64,000 nucleotides of DNA from a bacterium (lineage in GTDB: Bacteria > Zhuqueibacterota > Zhuqueibacteria > Zhuqueibacterales > Zhuqueibacteraceae), in NCBI GenBank assembly GCA_044869275.1, contig JBIOXB010000139.1, forward strand, positions 1-64,000, in the 5' to 3' direction. Made by a program: the position numbers and the translations under genes. Under the pieces are notes generated by a model. It did not search any database and had not been told where the DNA came from. It saw nothing but the letters and a program-made list of their open reading frames with translations. This document shows positions 19,899 through 30,082 of the stretch, piece after piece. Numbering within the stretch: the stretch's first letter is position 1; each line of letters begins with the position of its first letter.

Positions 19899-20881
19899 TG
19901 AACCGGCTCGAAAAAGCAGCTCAACTCGCGCTCTTCGATAGTTTAGAGGTGCAGCCGAAACAAGCTTTACTGTTGGTGGCCACTCCCAAACTCTCGCCTG
20001 CCGCGCAAATCTTTCGCAAGGTCGCTGAAAAGGCGCACGTGGAAGTTTTTTTTCTGGAAATTCCCCATTCGCACAATAAACGTTCTTTGCTCACCACACT
20101 GACGCGGCAGTTCATGAACCATGCCAGCCAGGTGGTGCTGCTCGCGAACCATTTCGACCCGGACAGCTTGAATTGGCTGCGCCAGCAGACGGCGAGTCGC
20201 GTCATTGTCTGGCCGCAATTGGAGGACGATACGATTCAGCGCTGCGCCACCACCGATTTCCGGCGTCTGCGCGAGCGCTGCCGCAAGCTCGCAGATATTC
20301 TGACCATCGGCCGCTCCCTTAAGCTGCTCCTCCCCACGGGCGCAGAGATGGAGATGACCATCAATCAGCGCCGCGGACTGATCGAAGCTGCGCCGCTCAA
20401 TGGCGGAGAACATTTCTGCAGCCTGCCGGCGGGACGGGCGTTCGTGGTGCCGCAAGTCAGTTCGGTGAATGGCGAGATTCTGCTACATGCCGTGGCGGGC
20501 GAAGCGAGCTATCGCACCCCGCCCATCCAGATCAAAGTCGTGGATGGCCGGCTCAAGCTGATCAAAGGCGGAAAAGCTTCCAACGCTTTGCGCCGGCGTT
20601 TGCGCGCCAAAACCGAAGGCACCGACTCTTCCCCGGCGCCGGGCAAAGCCAGCACGGGCCGGCATATGGTGGAAATCGGGTTTGGTATGAACGAGAACGC
20701 GCGGCTGGGCCAGTCCGAAATCGAAGATGAAAAAGTGCAAGGCACGGTACATTTGGGCTTCGGCCGCCGTGGCACCGGCGGCAAGCCGCACGAGGTTCTC
20801 GCCCGCGGCATCATCGTCAATCCGACGGCCATTATCGACGGCCGGGAAATCCTTCGTGAAGGCAAGATGATGTTTGATTGA
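19898..20881 (+). CDS. M29-like aminopeptidase paralog, degenerate active site
   Basis: SLPAGR, VEIGFG, IEDEKVQGTVHLGFG; TGATG coupling with upstream paralog. Confidence 0.8.
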   Translation: MNRLEKAAQLALFDSLEVQPKQALLLVATPKLSPAAQIFRKVAEKAHVEVFFLEIPHSHNKRSLLTTLTRQFMNHASQVVLLANHFDPDSLNWLRQQTASRVIVWPQLEDDTIQRCATTDFRRLRERCRKLADILTIGRSLKLLLPTGAEMEMTINQRRGLIEAAPLNGGEHFCSLPAGRAFVVPQVSSVNGEILLHAVAGEASYRTPPIQIKVVDGRLKLIKGGKASNALRRRLRAKTEGTDSSPAPGKASTGRHMVEIGFGMNENARLGQSEIEDEKVQGTVHLGFGRRGTGGKPHEVLARGIIVNPTAIIDGREILREGKMMFD

Positions 20882-20963
20882 GCAGAGCGCTGAGCGCAAA
20901 GCGCATAACGCAGAGGGTATAGCGTATCTCCTGTTCCTCTGCGCCATGCGCCTTGCGCTATGC
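20881..20963. repeat. Inverted heptamer array (AGCGCA-type)
   Basis: agcagagcgctgagcgcaaagcgcataacgcagagg ... cctctgcgccatgcgccttgcgctatgc. Confidence 0.7.
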
Positions 20964-21009
20964 ATTTCAATTTGGCAACGCTGGAACACAGTACTTTTTG
21001 GAGGCGGTG

Positions 21010-21291
21010 ATGGTCATTGTCGGCTGGGTGCTCACGATTATGGGATTTGCCTTTATCGTCATTGGATTGATTGGCGCCTACAAAGAGGTCAGGCAGAGGG
21101 GTCCCGGCAAAAAAGACCGCGAAACTCCCCGGGGCACCGCCGGCTTTTGGGAGGAGCTGCTCAAAATACTTCCGGCCTTGCTGGAACAGCTCTTCAAAGC
21201 GCCGAAGTGGATTTTATCATGCCTGGTGGGATTGGTACTGATCTATTTCGGCGTGCGCTTGATCAGCGGCCTGCCTCTGTTGCCGGTGTGA
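21010..21291 (+). CDS. Small two-TM hypothetical protein
   Basis: GGAGG RBS, two hydrophobic helices. Confidence 0.65.
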   Translation: MVIVGWVLTIMGFAFIVIGLIGAYKEVRQRGPGKKDRETPRGTAGFWEELLKILPALLEQLFKAPKWILSCLVGLVLIYFGVRLISGLPLLPV

Positions 21292-21333
21292 AAACTTCAT
21301 GATAAAATCGCCTGCAGTGGCGATGATCACCTC

Positions 21334-21371
21334 AAACAAAAAGGAGACGTGTATGCGTCTCCTTTTTGTTT
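21334..21371. terminator. Bidirectional intrinsic terminator
   Basis: aaacaaaaaggagacg-tgtatg-cgtctcctttttgttt between convergent genes. Confidence 0.75.
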
Positions 21372-21476
21372 ACCGTTGCCTGCAATTTCCCATCAAACGG
21401 ACCAAAACTCACACGAAATTTCTCAACACTTCTCCGCGTGAGTTTTTGATCGGTACATCTCCCGACAGGGATTCAG

Positions 21477-24224
21477 CTACTGCACCAAATTCCCCTCCGC
21501 ATCGATCAACTTCAACTCGCCATAATTCAACTCGCGCACGCCCGCTTCGATTTTGGCGCGGTCGCCCACGACCACCCACACCAAATTGTCCGGATGGATG
21601 ATCTTCTTCGCCGCGCCCGCGACCTGCGCGAGCTGCAATGCCTTCACTTTGCCGGCATAGGTTTGATAATAATCGTCCGGATAACCGAAGCGCACGAGGT
21701 TGCCGATCGAGCCGCTCACCGCGCCCATGGTTTCCCACGAGCCTGGTAATTCGAGCACTTGATTGTTTTTCATCTTGGTGAATTCTTCGTTGGTCACCGG
21801 CCGCGTGCTCACCACTTCACGCATTTCTTTCGCCATCTCCTGCATGGATTCCTTGGTCTTGTCGGTTTGCACCGGGCCGTAGAAAATGTACGGCCGCTGC
21901 CCGCGCGCATCCACCAAAAAGCTGCCGGCGCCGTAAGACCAATGCTTGTCCTCGCGCAAATTCATATTGAGGCGCGAAGTGAAACTGCCGCCCAGAATAT
22001 TGTTCATCGTGGTGAAGGCAATTTCTTCGGGATTGGCGGTCGAAGGCGCGACGTGGCCGGCCAGGATTACGGACTGCTGCGAGCCGGGACGGTCGATGAG
22101 ATACACCTGCGGTTTTGCCGCGAGCTGGACCTCGCTTAGATTCTTCTTCGGTACTTCACCCTTCTTCCAATCTTTGAAAAGCTTTTCCAGTTTGGGCGTG
22201 ATTTCCGCCAGCGTGGCATCGCCCACGATCACCAGCGTGGCGTGGTTTGGCTTGAACCAGGTTTGATGGAATTTGCTCAAATCGTCACGCGTCATTTTGC
22301 CCACCGACTCTTCCGTGCCCGAACCGGTGAAGGGATTGCCGTAGGCGTGTCCGGCGCCGTACAAAAACTTCGGAAATACGCGTAAGGCCATTTGGACGGG
22401 TGTGACCTTCTCGCGCTGAATACGCGCGGTTTGTTGTTTCTGCAAGCGTGCAAAATCTTCCTGCGGAAAGGAGGGTTGCAGAATCACCTCGGCGTAAATC
22501 GCCAGAGAAGCATCGAGGTTTTCCTTCAGGGCGGATAACGACACCGTCGAGATGTCCAGATTCGAGCCGGTGCCGAGCTGGGCGCCGAGCTGCGCCAGCT
22601 CTTCGCTGATTTGCAGCGCCGATTTCGTCTTGGTGCCTTCGTCCATCATATCCATCGCCAGGCTGGCCGTGCCCGGCATGGCGAATTGATCCGCAGCATA
22701 ACCGGCATCCACCATCAAATTGAAATTGACCACGGGAATGCTGTGCCTTTCCGCCAGGATCAAATTCAAGCCGTTGGAGAGGGCGGCACGCTGCAAAGCG
22801 GGAAACTTCACGTCCGGCGGCGCGCCGGCTTCCGGCATTTTGGTGCGATCGGCCGCGGCCGCGGTGGTTTGATATTCCGGGAACGGGTACACTTCCAATA
22901 TATAATCCCCGTCTGAGAGCCAGTCCTTCGCCGTGTTCCACAAGTTTTGTGCCGTGGCCGTGCGCACACGCTTCAGCCGGGTTTTATAAAAGTCCGAATC
23001 GCCGCCATAGACCTGGCTTTGGGCGAGAATGTCGGATTTGCCGCCGAAGCCGCCGATGCGCTCGATGCCGCGCACGAAGCGCGCGACATACTGCGTTTTG
23101 ATGCGCTGCAACTCTTTTTCGGACGGGCCGCCGGCCAGAAAGCGCGCCAGCTCTTCTTCAATCGCGCGCTCCACTAAAGCCAAATCGCCGCCGGGTTTGG
23201 CCGTGGCTTCGATATAAAACTGGCTGCCGATTTCACGCGTGTCCATGTACGACGCCACGTTGGTGGCAATTTGCTCGCGATAAACCAGGCGCTCATACAA
23301 ACGCGAATTTTTGCCGGAGCCGAGCACGTCGCTCACCAACTCCAGATAATCGGCATCCGCCGAGCCCCACTGCGGCACGTTCCAGACTTTGTAAATGCGC
23401 GCCTGCGGCACACGATCCTGCACCTGCTGGCGCTGTGTGCCCGTGCGCTTCGCGATCCACGCCTCGTGCTTCGCGATCGGAGGGCCGGAAGGAATGTCGC
23501 CGAAGTATTTTTCGACCTTGGCTTTTGCCGTCGGCGCGTCGATGTCGCCGGCGATCACTACCACGGCGTTCGCGGTGCCGTAATACGTTTTGAACCATTC
23601 CTTCACGTCGTCCAACGCGGCGGCATTCAGATCTTCCATCGCGCCGATCACCGTCCACGAGTACGGATGGCCCGCCGGATACGTGCTTTTGGTGATCAGC
23701 TCGTAGGTCACGCCATAGGGCTCGTTCTCCCCCTGGCGCTTCTCGTTCTGCACCACGCCGCGTTGTTCGTCCAGCTTCGCTTGCGTGACGGCGCCCAGCA
23801 AGTGGCCCATGCGATCGGATTCCATCCACAGCGCGACGTCCAGCGCGGAAGCCGGCACGTTTTGAAAATAATTGGTGCGGTCTTCGTTGGTGGTGCCGTT
23901 CAAATCCGTGGCGCCGATTTTCTCCATGGCTTGGAAATAATCGTCGTTGAAATTCTCGCTGCCGTTGAACATCAAATGCTCGAACAAATGCGCAAAGCCG
24001 CTCTTGCCGGGTTTTTCATTTTTGGAGCCGACGTGATACCACACATTCACCGCCACGATCGGCGCTTTATGATCTTCATGCACGATCAATGTCAAGCCGT
24101 TCGGCAGCGTGAATTTTTGATGCGGTATGTCGATGTGCACCTCGTTGTTCGACGCGGCTTGTGGCCAAACGGAGACCGCGACGCCAAGCAACACTGCCAG
24201 TATGAGGGACTTGATGGGTTTCAT
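21477..24224 (-). CDS. M16 (insulinase/pitrilysin) zinc peptidase, secreted
   Basis: Signal peptide, HLFEHLMF (HxxEH), NGTT, second half SRLNMNLREDKHWSYG; GGAGG RBS. Confidence 0.95.
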   Translation of the reverse strand: MKPIKSLILAVLLGVAVSVWPQAASNNEVHIDIPHQKFTLPNGLTLIVHEDHKAPIVAVNVWYHVGSKNEKPGKSGFAHLFEHLMFNGSENFNDDYFQAMEKIGATDLNGTTNEDRTNYFQNVPASALDVALWMESDRMGHLLGAVTQAKLDEQRGVVQNEKRQGENEPYGVTYELITKSTYPAGHPYSWTVIGAMEDLNAAALDDVKEWFKTYYGTANAVVVIAGDIDAPTAKAKVEKYFGDIPSGPPIAKHEAWIAKRTGTQRQQVQDRVPQARIYKVWNVPQWGSADADYLELVSDVLGSGKNSRLYERLVYREQIATNVASYMDTREIGSQFYIEATAKPGGDLALVERAIEEELARFLAGGPSEKELQRIKTQYVARFVRGIERIGGFGGKSDILAQSQVYGGDSDFYKTRLKRVRTATAQNLWNTAKDWLSDGDYILEVYPFPEYQTTAAAADRTKMPEAGAPPDVKFPALQRAALSNGLNLILAERHSIPVVNFNLMVDAGYAADQFAMPGTASLAMDMMDEGTKTKSALQISEELAQLGAQLGTGSNLDISTVSLSALKENLDASLAIYAEVILQPSFPQEDFARLQKQQTARIQREKVTPVQMALRVFPKFLYGAGHAYGNPFTGSGTEESVGKMTRDDLSKFHQTWFKPNHATLVIVGDATLAEITPKLEKLFKDWKKGEVPKKNLSEVQLAAKPQVYLIDRPGSQQSVILAGHVAPSTANPEEIAFTTMNNILGGSFTSRLNMNLREDKHWSYGAGSFLVDARGQRPYIFYGPVQTDKTKESMQEMAKEMREVVSTRPVTNEEFTKMKNNQVLELPGSWETMGAVSGSIGNLVRFGYPDDYYQTYAGKVKALQLAQVAGAAKKIIHPDNLVWVVVGDRAKIEAGVRELNYGELKLIDAEGNLVQ

Positions 24225-24288
24225 GTAAATATCGCCTCCTTAGTTCTGTTGGGATGGTTGGATCATAGGATTGTTGGATTGAGGGCAA

Positions 24289-24418
24289 TCAGACTGTGTG
24301 AAAAATTGAGAAGGCCGCACCCTGAGCTTGTCGAAGGGTGCTAAGTTCAGACTTCAACAGGCTCAGGCTGCGACAAGCTCAGCCTGCGTTGAAAACCAAG
24401 CGTTTTCACACAGCCTGA
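24289..24418. mobile_element. MITE-like element carrying a REP-type palindrome
   Basis: TIR tcagactgtgtgaaaa / ttttcacacagcctga (15/16); internal cctgagcttgtcgaag...cttcaacaggctcagg. Confidence 0.7.
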
Positions 24419-24464
24419 ACGCCGTTCAACTTACTTTCACCGAATGCAACTCTACTGATGCTGA

Positions 24465-25295
24465 TCATACTTGTTCGAAATTTTTGCGATTTGGTTTCCA
24501 GAAGGGATACGCCAGGCGCGGCAGCAACTTCTTGGGGAAATCCTCCATTTTTTCAAAGCCCAAACGCCCAGGTTGCCCCGCTGGCGGCATGTAGGCGGTG
24601 CCGAAAAGCCAATCCCACAGGCTGAAGACGATGCCAAAGTTTTTCCCATGCTGGCCGCGTAAAATCAAATCATGATGCCACACGTGCATGCGCGGGGAAT
24701 TGATGACGTAGCGCAAGGGGCCCCAACTGATATTCAAATTGGAATGGTTGAGATGGCCGATCAGTGTCGTCACGATGGCGAGGGGGAGAATCACGTCGTC
24801 GCGCACGCCCAGCAGCACCAGCGGCAAGTAGGTCAGGCTTTTGTAGACCACGATTTCCATCCAGTGAAATCGCATGTTGCCGATCCAATCCAATTCCTCG
24901 ATGCTGTGATGCAGCTTGTGAAACTCCCACAGCCAGGGCACGCGATGCAACAGATTGTGCACGGCCCATTCGAGGAAATCGCGCAGCACGAGGAAGACGA
25001 AGAATTGCAGCCACCAGGGATACACGGCGAGCAGCCGGATGGTTTCCGGCGCCGGCACGTGCCACCAGGTCCAAACGTGATTGAGCTGCTGCAGCGCCCA
25101 ACTGCCGAGATACGCGATCAACACGCCGGCATAGTGACCGTTGAAGATCAGCCAGAAAAAATCCTGGCCAATTTGTGCGCGCCAGGCTTTCTGTTCTTTC
25201 CGCCACGGCGCCACGCGCTCGAGCATCCAGCAAAAAAGCGAGATGGCCAGGAGCCAGAAGAAATAACCGCGGGTGTTCCAGATGATATTGAGCAT
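24465..25295 (-). CDS. Sterol desaturase / fatty acid hydroxylase family protein
   Basis: His boxes HNLLH, HKLHHS, HLNHSN, HVWHH; NFGIVFSLWDWLFGT. Confidence 0.9.
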   Translation of the reverse strand: MLNIIWNTRGYFFWLLAISLFCWMLERVAPWRKEQKAWRAQIGQDFFWLIFNGHYAGVLIAYLGSWALQQLNHVWTWWHVPAPETIRLLAVYPWWLQFFVFLVLRDFLEWAVHNLLHRVPWLWEFHKLHHSIEELDWIGNMRFHWMEIVVYKSLTYLPLVLLGVRDDVILPLAIVTTLIGHLNHSNLNISWGPLRYVINSPRMHVWHHDLILRGQHGKNFGIVFSLWDWLFGTAYMPPAGQPGRLGFEKMEDFPKKLLPRLAYPFWKPNRKNFEQV

Positions 25296-25488
25296 GAGGG
25301 GCTATGAAGGGTTTTAGCACAAAGGCACGGAGCTGCACCAGGAGGCGCGAAGAAAGCCAAGACAACATGCGACTTGTCCATTCGGCGGAAGCTGGTGACG
25401 TGCCGAATTTGTGCTGGGTTTTGCCAGAATGCGAATGCTATTGATGCTTCGGCGGCCAAATCTCTTCGGCTCTCCCTCCCTCTGTCCA

Positions 25489-26931
25489 TTAATTCATTTC
25501 CAATTCTCCGCCCGCCAGCAGCCAGCTCCGCAGGCCGTTCGCCAAATGCACGACTTCAAAACCATGATATGCGAGCATGGCTGCCGCAGCCGGGGAGCGG
25601 TCTCCTTTTTGGCAATGGACAACCAGCGGCCGGTCACGTGGAATTTCCTGTAGGCGCGGCAGCAAGCGGGTGCGGGCAATATTAAAAGCGTCCGCCATAT
25701 GTCCGATCTCGTATTCAAACGCACTGCGCACGTCCAAAACACGCACACGCTTTTGCTGCAAACGCCGCTGCAGTTCTTCGCCGTCGATTTCTTCAGTCAT
25801 ATGAAGCTTGCCGCCCACAGATTGATATTCCGCCAAGTTCTGCGCCGTGGTATAGCCTACAACATTATCCAGCCCAATGCGAATCAAAGCCGTAATCGCT
25901 TCGTTGATGCGCGTTTCCGGGACGATCAGATAAATTTCATTCTCCGGCTCGATATAAGAACCGGCAATGGTGGAGAAATCGTTGGTGAGCGGCGCATGCA
26001 GTGCGCCGGGGAGATGAGCCGCACGAAACTCCGGCCAGGGACGCGTATCGATGATAATCGTTTTTTCGCTGATGCGCTCCAATAATTCAGCGATGCTGAG
26101 AAGGGAGGGAGCGGGCCATTTTTCCAAAAGTTTCGGCCCGAGCTTGTTTTCACGCTTCATGCGGCCAAAATAGTAGGGCGGCTCGGTCTGGCCTTCCAGA
26201 ATTTCTGCGATGAATGTCTCTTCGGATTTTTGGCCGGACAGCAAAACGGGATTAAAAAGTTTTTCGTATCCGACCGTGGATTGCGGGACGGCACCCAATT
26301 CCTTGCCACACGCGCTGCCCGCGCCGTGCCCGGGCCAAAGTTGCACATAATCCGGCAAGCTGCGAAATCGCCGCAAAGATCGATACAACGCACGCGCAGA
26401 TTGTTGCGCCGCGCCGCTCTCGCCTGCGGCGCTTTCGAGCAAATCCGGCCGGCCCACGTCGCCGACAAAAACGAAATCACCAGAGATGAGGCCCATGGGC
26501 TCATTGGCGCCACCGCCACGATCGGTGATCAAAAAACACATGTGCTCGGGCGTATGCCCCGGCATGTGCAGTGCTTCGATTTCTATCTTGCCGATTCTGA
26601 AACGATCGCCGTCCGTGAGCAGATCGTGCGTGTAACAGCCTCCTCCCCTTTTTTGCCCGAGCCATTGGTACTTCCACTCCCTCTGGCCTTCATCCGAAAG
26701 AAACACCCGGGCATTTGTTCGTTCCGCCAGCTCACGGCTCCCCGAAATAAAATCGGCGTGGATATGCGTTTCGGCAACTGCGGCGACGCGCAAGCCTTCA
26801 AATTTGGCGAGATCCAAATAGCGCTGCACATCGCGCTCAGGATCGATCACCAGCGCTTCGCCCGTGCGCTGGCAGCCAATGAGATACGAGGCCTGCGCGA
26901 GCTTGTCGTCGTAAAGCATGCGGAAGAACAT
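25489..26931 (-). CDS. MBL-fold persulfide dioxygenase-like protein fused to two rhodanese domains (CstB-like)
   Basis: ETHIHADF, PGHTPEH, GDVGRPDL, PGHGAGSACG, C-terminal rhodanese HCQKGDRS. Confidence 0.9.
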   Translation of the reverse strand: MFFRMLYDDKLAQASYLIGCQRTGEALVIDPERDVQRYLDLAKFEGLRVAAVAETHIHADFISGSRELAERTNARVFLSDEGQREWKYQWLGQKRGGGCYTHDLLTDGDRFRIGKIEIEALHMPGHTPEHMCFLITDRGGGANEPMGLISGDFVFVGDVGRPDLLESAAGESGAAQQSARALYRSLRRFRSLPDYVQLWPGHGAGSACGKELGAVPQSTVGYEKLFNPVLLSGQKSEETFIAEILEGQTEPPYYFGRMKRENKLGPKLLEKWPAPSLLSIAELLERISEKTIIIDTRPWPEFRAAHLPGALHAPLTNDFSTIAGSYIEPENEIYLIVPETRINEAITALIRIGLDNVVGYTTAQNLAEYQSVGGKLHMTEEIDGEELQRRLQQKRVRVLDVRSAFEYEIGHMADAFNIARTRLLPRLQEIPRDRPLVVHCQKGDRSPAAAAMLAYHGFEVVHLANGLRSWLLAGGELEMN

Positions 26932-26959
26932 GGCCAGTCCTGCGTGCTGGGTAGTCGCT

Positions 26960-27105
26960 CATGCGAGGTACGTGATGCGTTATCCGTAATGCGTAATCCG
27001 TGATGCGTGACCGGTGATGCGTAATTCGTAATACGTGATCAGAGCTCTCTATGCTTCAGCTTCTTCCTTTACGTCTCACGTCTTACGTCTCACGTCTCAC
27101 GCATT
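26960..27105. repeat. Inverted heptamer array (GTGATGC / CACGTCT units)
   Basis: cgtgatgcgttatccgtaatgcgtaatccgtgatgcgtgacc... then ttacgtctcacgtcttacgtctcacgtctcacg. Confidence 0.8.
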
Positions 27106-27352
27106 ACCTCGTCTTCTTGATCAAAAAATGCCACTCCCCGAATTCCCCCTGTCGCACGGAGAGCAGCTCGTTCTGCGTTTGCTTGGCCCAGGCGGTCACA
27201 TCGAGCTGCGAGCCGGGGTCGGTGCTGATCATTTCCAGAATTTGGCCGGTCTGCAACTCTTTGACGGCTTTGACGGTTTTGGCCAGCGGCATCGGGCATT
27301 TCAAGCCGGAACAGTCTATAACTTTCTCGGGGGTGATCTCTGGCATATTCAT
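27104..27352 (-). CDS. TusA/SirA family sulfurtransferase
   Basis: IDCSGLKCPMP (CPxP), STDPGS..D. Confidence 0.92.
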   Translation of the reverse strand: MNMPEITPEKVIDCSGLKCPMPLAKTVKAVKELQTGQILEMISTDPGSQLDVTAWAKQTQNELLSVRQGEFGEWHFLIKKTR

Positions 27353-27391
27353 TCTCTCCCAAAAGCGTCTGCAAACGGACGGAAGCTTTAT

Positions 27392-28492
27392 TCACAACTC
27401 CAGCGGCTGAAAGCCCTCGCCCAGCACTTCCTGCGCGGGCATGACGATGACGAAGGCATGCTCGTCCTCGGATTTCACGATGGATTTGATCGCCGGCATT
27501 TCATGCACGGTCGCCGCGATCATCAAGACTTCACGATCCAGCTGTGAATGCATGCCCATGCCGTGCAGCGCGGTGACGCCGCGCTTGCGCTCGCGCATGA
27601 TGCGTTCGGCAATAATCTTCGGTTTCGTGCTCACGATCATGCACAACAGTTTTTGCCGCCTGATGAGGCGCCAGTTCGAGAGGCGGCGGCGCGCGGCGGA
27701 GTTGCGCGCCGAAGCATCCTTGTCCTTGACTTCCAGCGCACGCCACAGAGTGCTGAGAATCGGAATGTCGCCCGATTTCGGCAAAACCTCACCCGAGGCT
27801 TGTTGCAAGCCTGCGGTGCCCAGGCCGATGACAAAAAGCACGGTATTGTAAATGACTCCGGTAAAAAAGATCACGGCCCCGGGAATCGGGCCGAGCGACA
27901 AACGCACCAGGAACTCATTCCAAGAACCCGCCGCCGTGGGATGGATGAAACATTTGAACAACCAGGCCAAAGCCAGCACGCAAAAAATCCACATGTAATT
28001 GCGGCGGAAGCGCCGGCCGAACGCTTCCCACATGCTGATGGGGAACTCCGGTGATTGCAGGGTGTCGGCCAGGCGCTCGGCCCAATCCGGCTGCGGCGCA
28101 AACGGCGGCACCAGCATGTTCGCGAAGAAATCTGTTTCCATGAGGCGCGTGCGGTAGGCCCAAAGCTCATAGTAGCGATAGCGGCGTGCTTCAATCCACA
28201 AAAAGATGGTGACGAGCAGAGTGTTGAGAATCAGCACCGCGTGATGGTGGGAGGGATCCGAGAGCGCGAAGCTGAGCGCGGCGCCGGCGGTGATCACGGC
28301 CCAGTTGGTGGTGTTGTCGAGCCGTTGCCGCCAAATGTTAGAGCGTTGAATCTCGGCGCGATAATAATGCACCATCGCCGTGTTGAATTCCGCGGGGCGC
28401 ATTTCGTACCCGCGAAACGTCCACACCGGCTCGCGGTCGTTCGTGGCTTTGTGATCGCCGGGCGCCGGCTGCGCCGTTTCACTAGCTGGCAT
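27392..28492 (-). CDS. DUF2270-like membrane protein with C-terminal DUF2179-like domain
   Basis: HYYRAE..R...WRQRLDNTTNWA, EARRYRYY; C-terminal RGVTALHGMG...AFVIV...EVLGEGF. Confidence 0.75.
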   Translation of the reverse strand: MPASETAQPAPGDHKATNDREPVWTFRGYEMRPAEFNTAMVHYYRAEIQRSNIWRQRLDNTTNWAVITAGAALSFALSDPSHHHAVLILNTLLVTIFLWIEARRYRYYELWAYRTRLMETDFFANMLVPPFAPQPDWAERLADTLQSPEFPISMWEAFGRRFRRNYMWIFCVLALAWLFKCFIHPTAAGSWNEFLVRLSLGPIPGAVIFFTGVIYNTVLFVIGLGTAGLQQASGEVLPKSGDIPILSTLWRALEVKDKDASARNSAARRRLSNWRLIRRQKLLCMIVSTKPKIIAERIMRERKRGVTALHGMGMHSQLDREVLMIAATVHEMPAIKSIVKSEDEHAFVIVMPAQEVLGEGFQPLEL

Positions 28493-28682
28493 GAGCTGCG
28501 ACACTCCCTGTCAAGATGAATGCTGCGCACAAATGCAGTCAAAGAAAAAATATGACCGTTCGGCCATTGCCTGAGGCGCAGGAACGATGCTTGCCTCATT
28601 ACGAAAAGATAAAGAATGAGCGCCTAAATTGCAATGCCAGACTCGACCTCGAGCGCAGGGCAACTCCTCTCCACCCCAAAAT

Positions 28683-28735
28683 AAAAATCCCCTCCGCTCG
28701 CGCCCTATTTCAGGCGAATAACGGAAGGGATTTTT
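28683..28735 (-). terminator. Terminator-like hairpin (second hairpin at 28758-28786)
   Basis: aaaaatcccctccg / cggaagggattttt, mismatch is G-U on the minus strand; aggatggcatac/gtatgccatcct is a perfect 12-bp stem. Confidence 0.55.
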
Positions 28736-28837
28736 GGCACAGCACTTTATGAATGAGAGGATGGCATACCGCGCGTATGCCATCCTATAATTCAAATCCA
28801 GAAGGCGAACCGGTAGAATGTGCCCACCGCACCTTGC

Positions 28838-30082
28838 TTAACGTGGCGGCTGGCTGTCGCCGTTGCCGCTTTCTTCCTGCTGGCGGCGCGCTTCGCCTTC
28901 GAGAATCCGGCGCAGGCGATCCAATTCACGCTCCGCTTTGCGGCGCTCATCTTTGATGCGCTCCAGCTCGGCCTCGGCCGATTCGGTTTCGCGCTGTTCT
29001 TTGATGATTTGCTCGAACAACTCGCGGCGGCTTTCCGCTTTGCGCATCAGCAAGTCGCGCTCGCTCGCGGAATAAAGAGAAGTCGGCAGCAAGGTCAGTT
29101 TGATGCCCAGGGCGGCGCGCCATGCGGGATAATTGGGCAGGCCGAAACCGTTGAGCTTGCTCAAGCCGCTGTACACCGTTTCGTCTTTATTGCCGGTGAG
29201 GCGGATGTCGGTGCTGAAATCCACGGACATCCAGCGATATGCTTTGTAAGAAACCCCGGGGCTGAAATAGGCCACGGCTTCGCGGCTATAGGCCGATTTC
29301 GGCGGCGCGTTGATGAAGCCGTTGCCGAAAAATTCAAACCGGAAATTGAAGCGTTCTGAAGGCAGGATCATGGCCATGCCGTACATGATTTCTTGCGTCA
29401 TCGCGGTGACCAAAGAGGAATCCTTGGCCAGCGACAGCGAAGTTAATTGTTCGCCGACGTCGTTGTGGTTCCAATAACCCAAATTAAAGTGTACGCTCAA
29501 GGCGTCTTCGGGATAAAGCGGGTCGCGTGCATAGGAAACCAAGCCGATCGCGCCGAAACTGAATTTTCCGGAGCTGTAAGGCTGGAAAGGAACGTTGTGC
29601 ACATCGCCAGTGGGAACGCGAGCCCCGAGCTCGACGCCGTAGCTCATCGCACTGCCGCGCTGCCCGAACGAGGCAATTTTCATGCGCAAAAACAAATCGT
29701 CAGGCAGGTTGAACTCCTTGAAGCCCTTGCCGCGATTGGTGTCTTGGTAGAGCGTGGGCGCAATCGAGCCTTCGAAGTGGCGGCTGAAACCGTAATTCAA
29801 CGCGAAGCTGCCTTGCACGTCCCAAATCGCCGTGGGAACGGTGGTGCCGCCCACAGTCGGAATCTCGGCGACCTTGCCATAGAATCGGGTGTTCGCCGCG
29901 AGCGTCAGATACCCCGGCTCCAAATTCCATGCGGAACGCACCATGAGGGGGCCACGTCCGCCGTGGAACTGCGCGCGCGCCGGTGAGGTTTCACCGAGCA
30001 GGCTCCAGATGCCAAGTAGCATCGCAACGATCCGGGAAATTGATGACCAGGAACCGGAGATGCGAGAGAAGAGAGTGTTCAT
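28838..30082 (-). CDS. Exported, probable outer-membrane beta-barrel protein with C-terminal coiled coil
   Basis: GGAGG RBS before MNTLFS, signal peptide ending ARA-Q, alternating aromatic beta-strands, E/R-rich heptad tail. Confidence 0.65.
   Translation of the reverse strand: MNTLFSRISGSWSSISRIVAMLLGIWSLLGETSPARAQFHGGRGPLMVRSAWNLEPGYLTLAANTRFYGKVAEIPTVGGTTVPTAIWDVQGSFALNYGFSRHFEGSIAPTLYQDTNRGKGFKEFNLPDDLFLRMKIASFGQRGSAMSYGVELGARVPTGDVHNVPFQPYSSGKFSFGAIGLVSYARDPLYPEDALSVHFNLGYWNHNDVGEQLTSLSLAKDSSLVTAMTQEIMYGMAMILPSERFNFRFEFFGNGFINAPPKSAYSREAVAYFSPGVSYKAYRWMSVDFSTDIRLTGNKDETVYSGLSKLNGFGLPNYPAWRAALGIKLTLLPTSLYSASERDLLMRKAESRRELFEQIIKEQRETESAEAELERIKDERRKAERELDRLRRILEGEARRQQEESGNGDSQPPR

Noticed and set aside
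28734..28750. sigma54-like TTGGCAC site
   Set aside because: No -12 GC element, overlaps a terminator stem and points antisense
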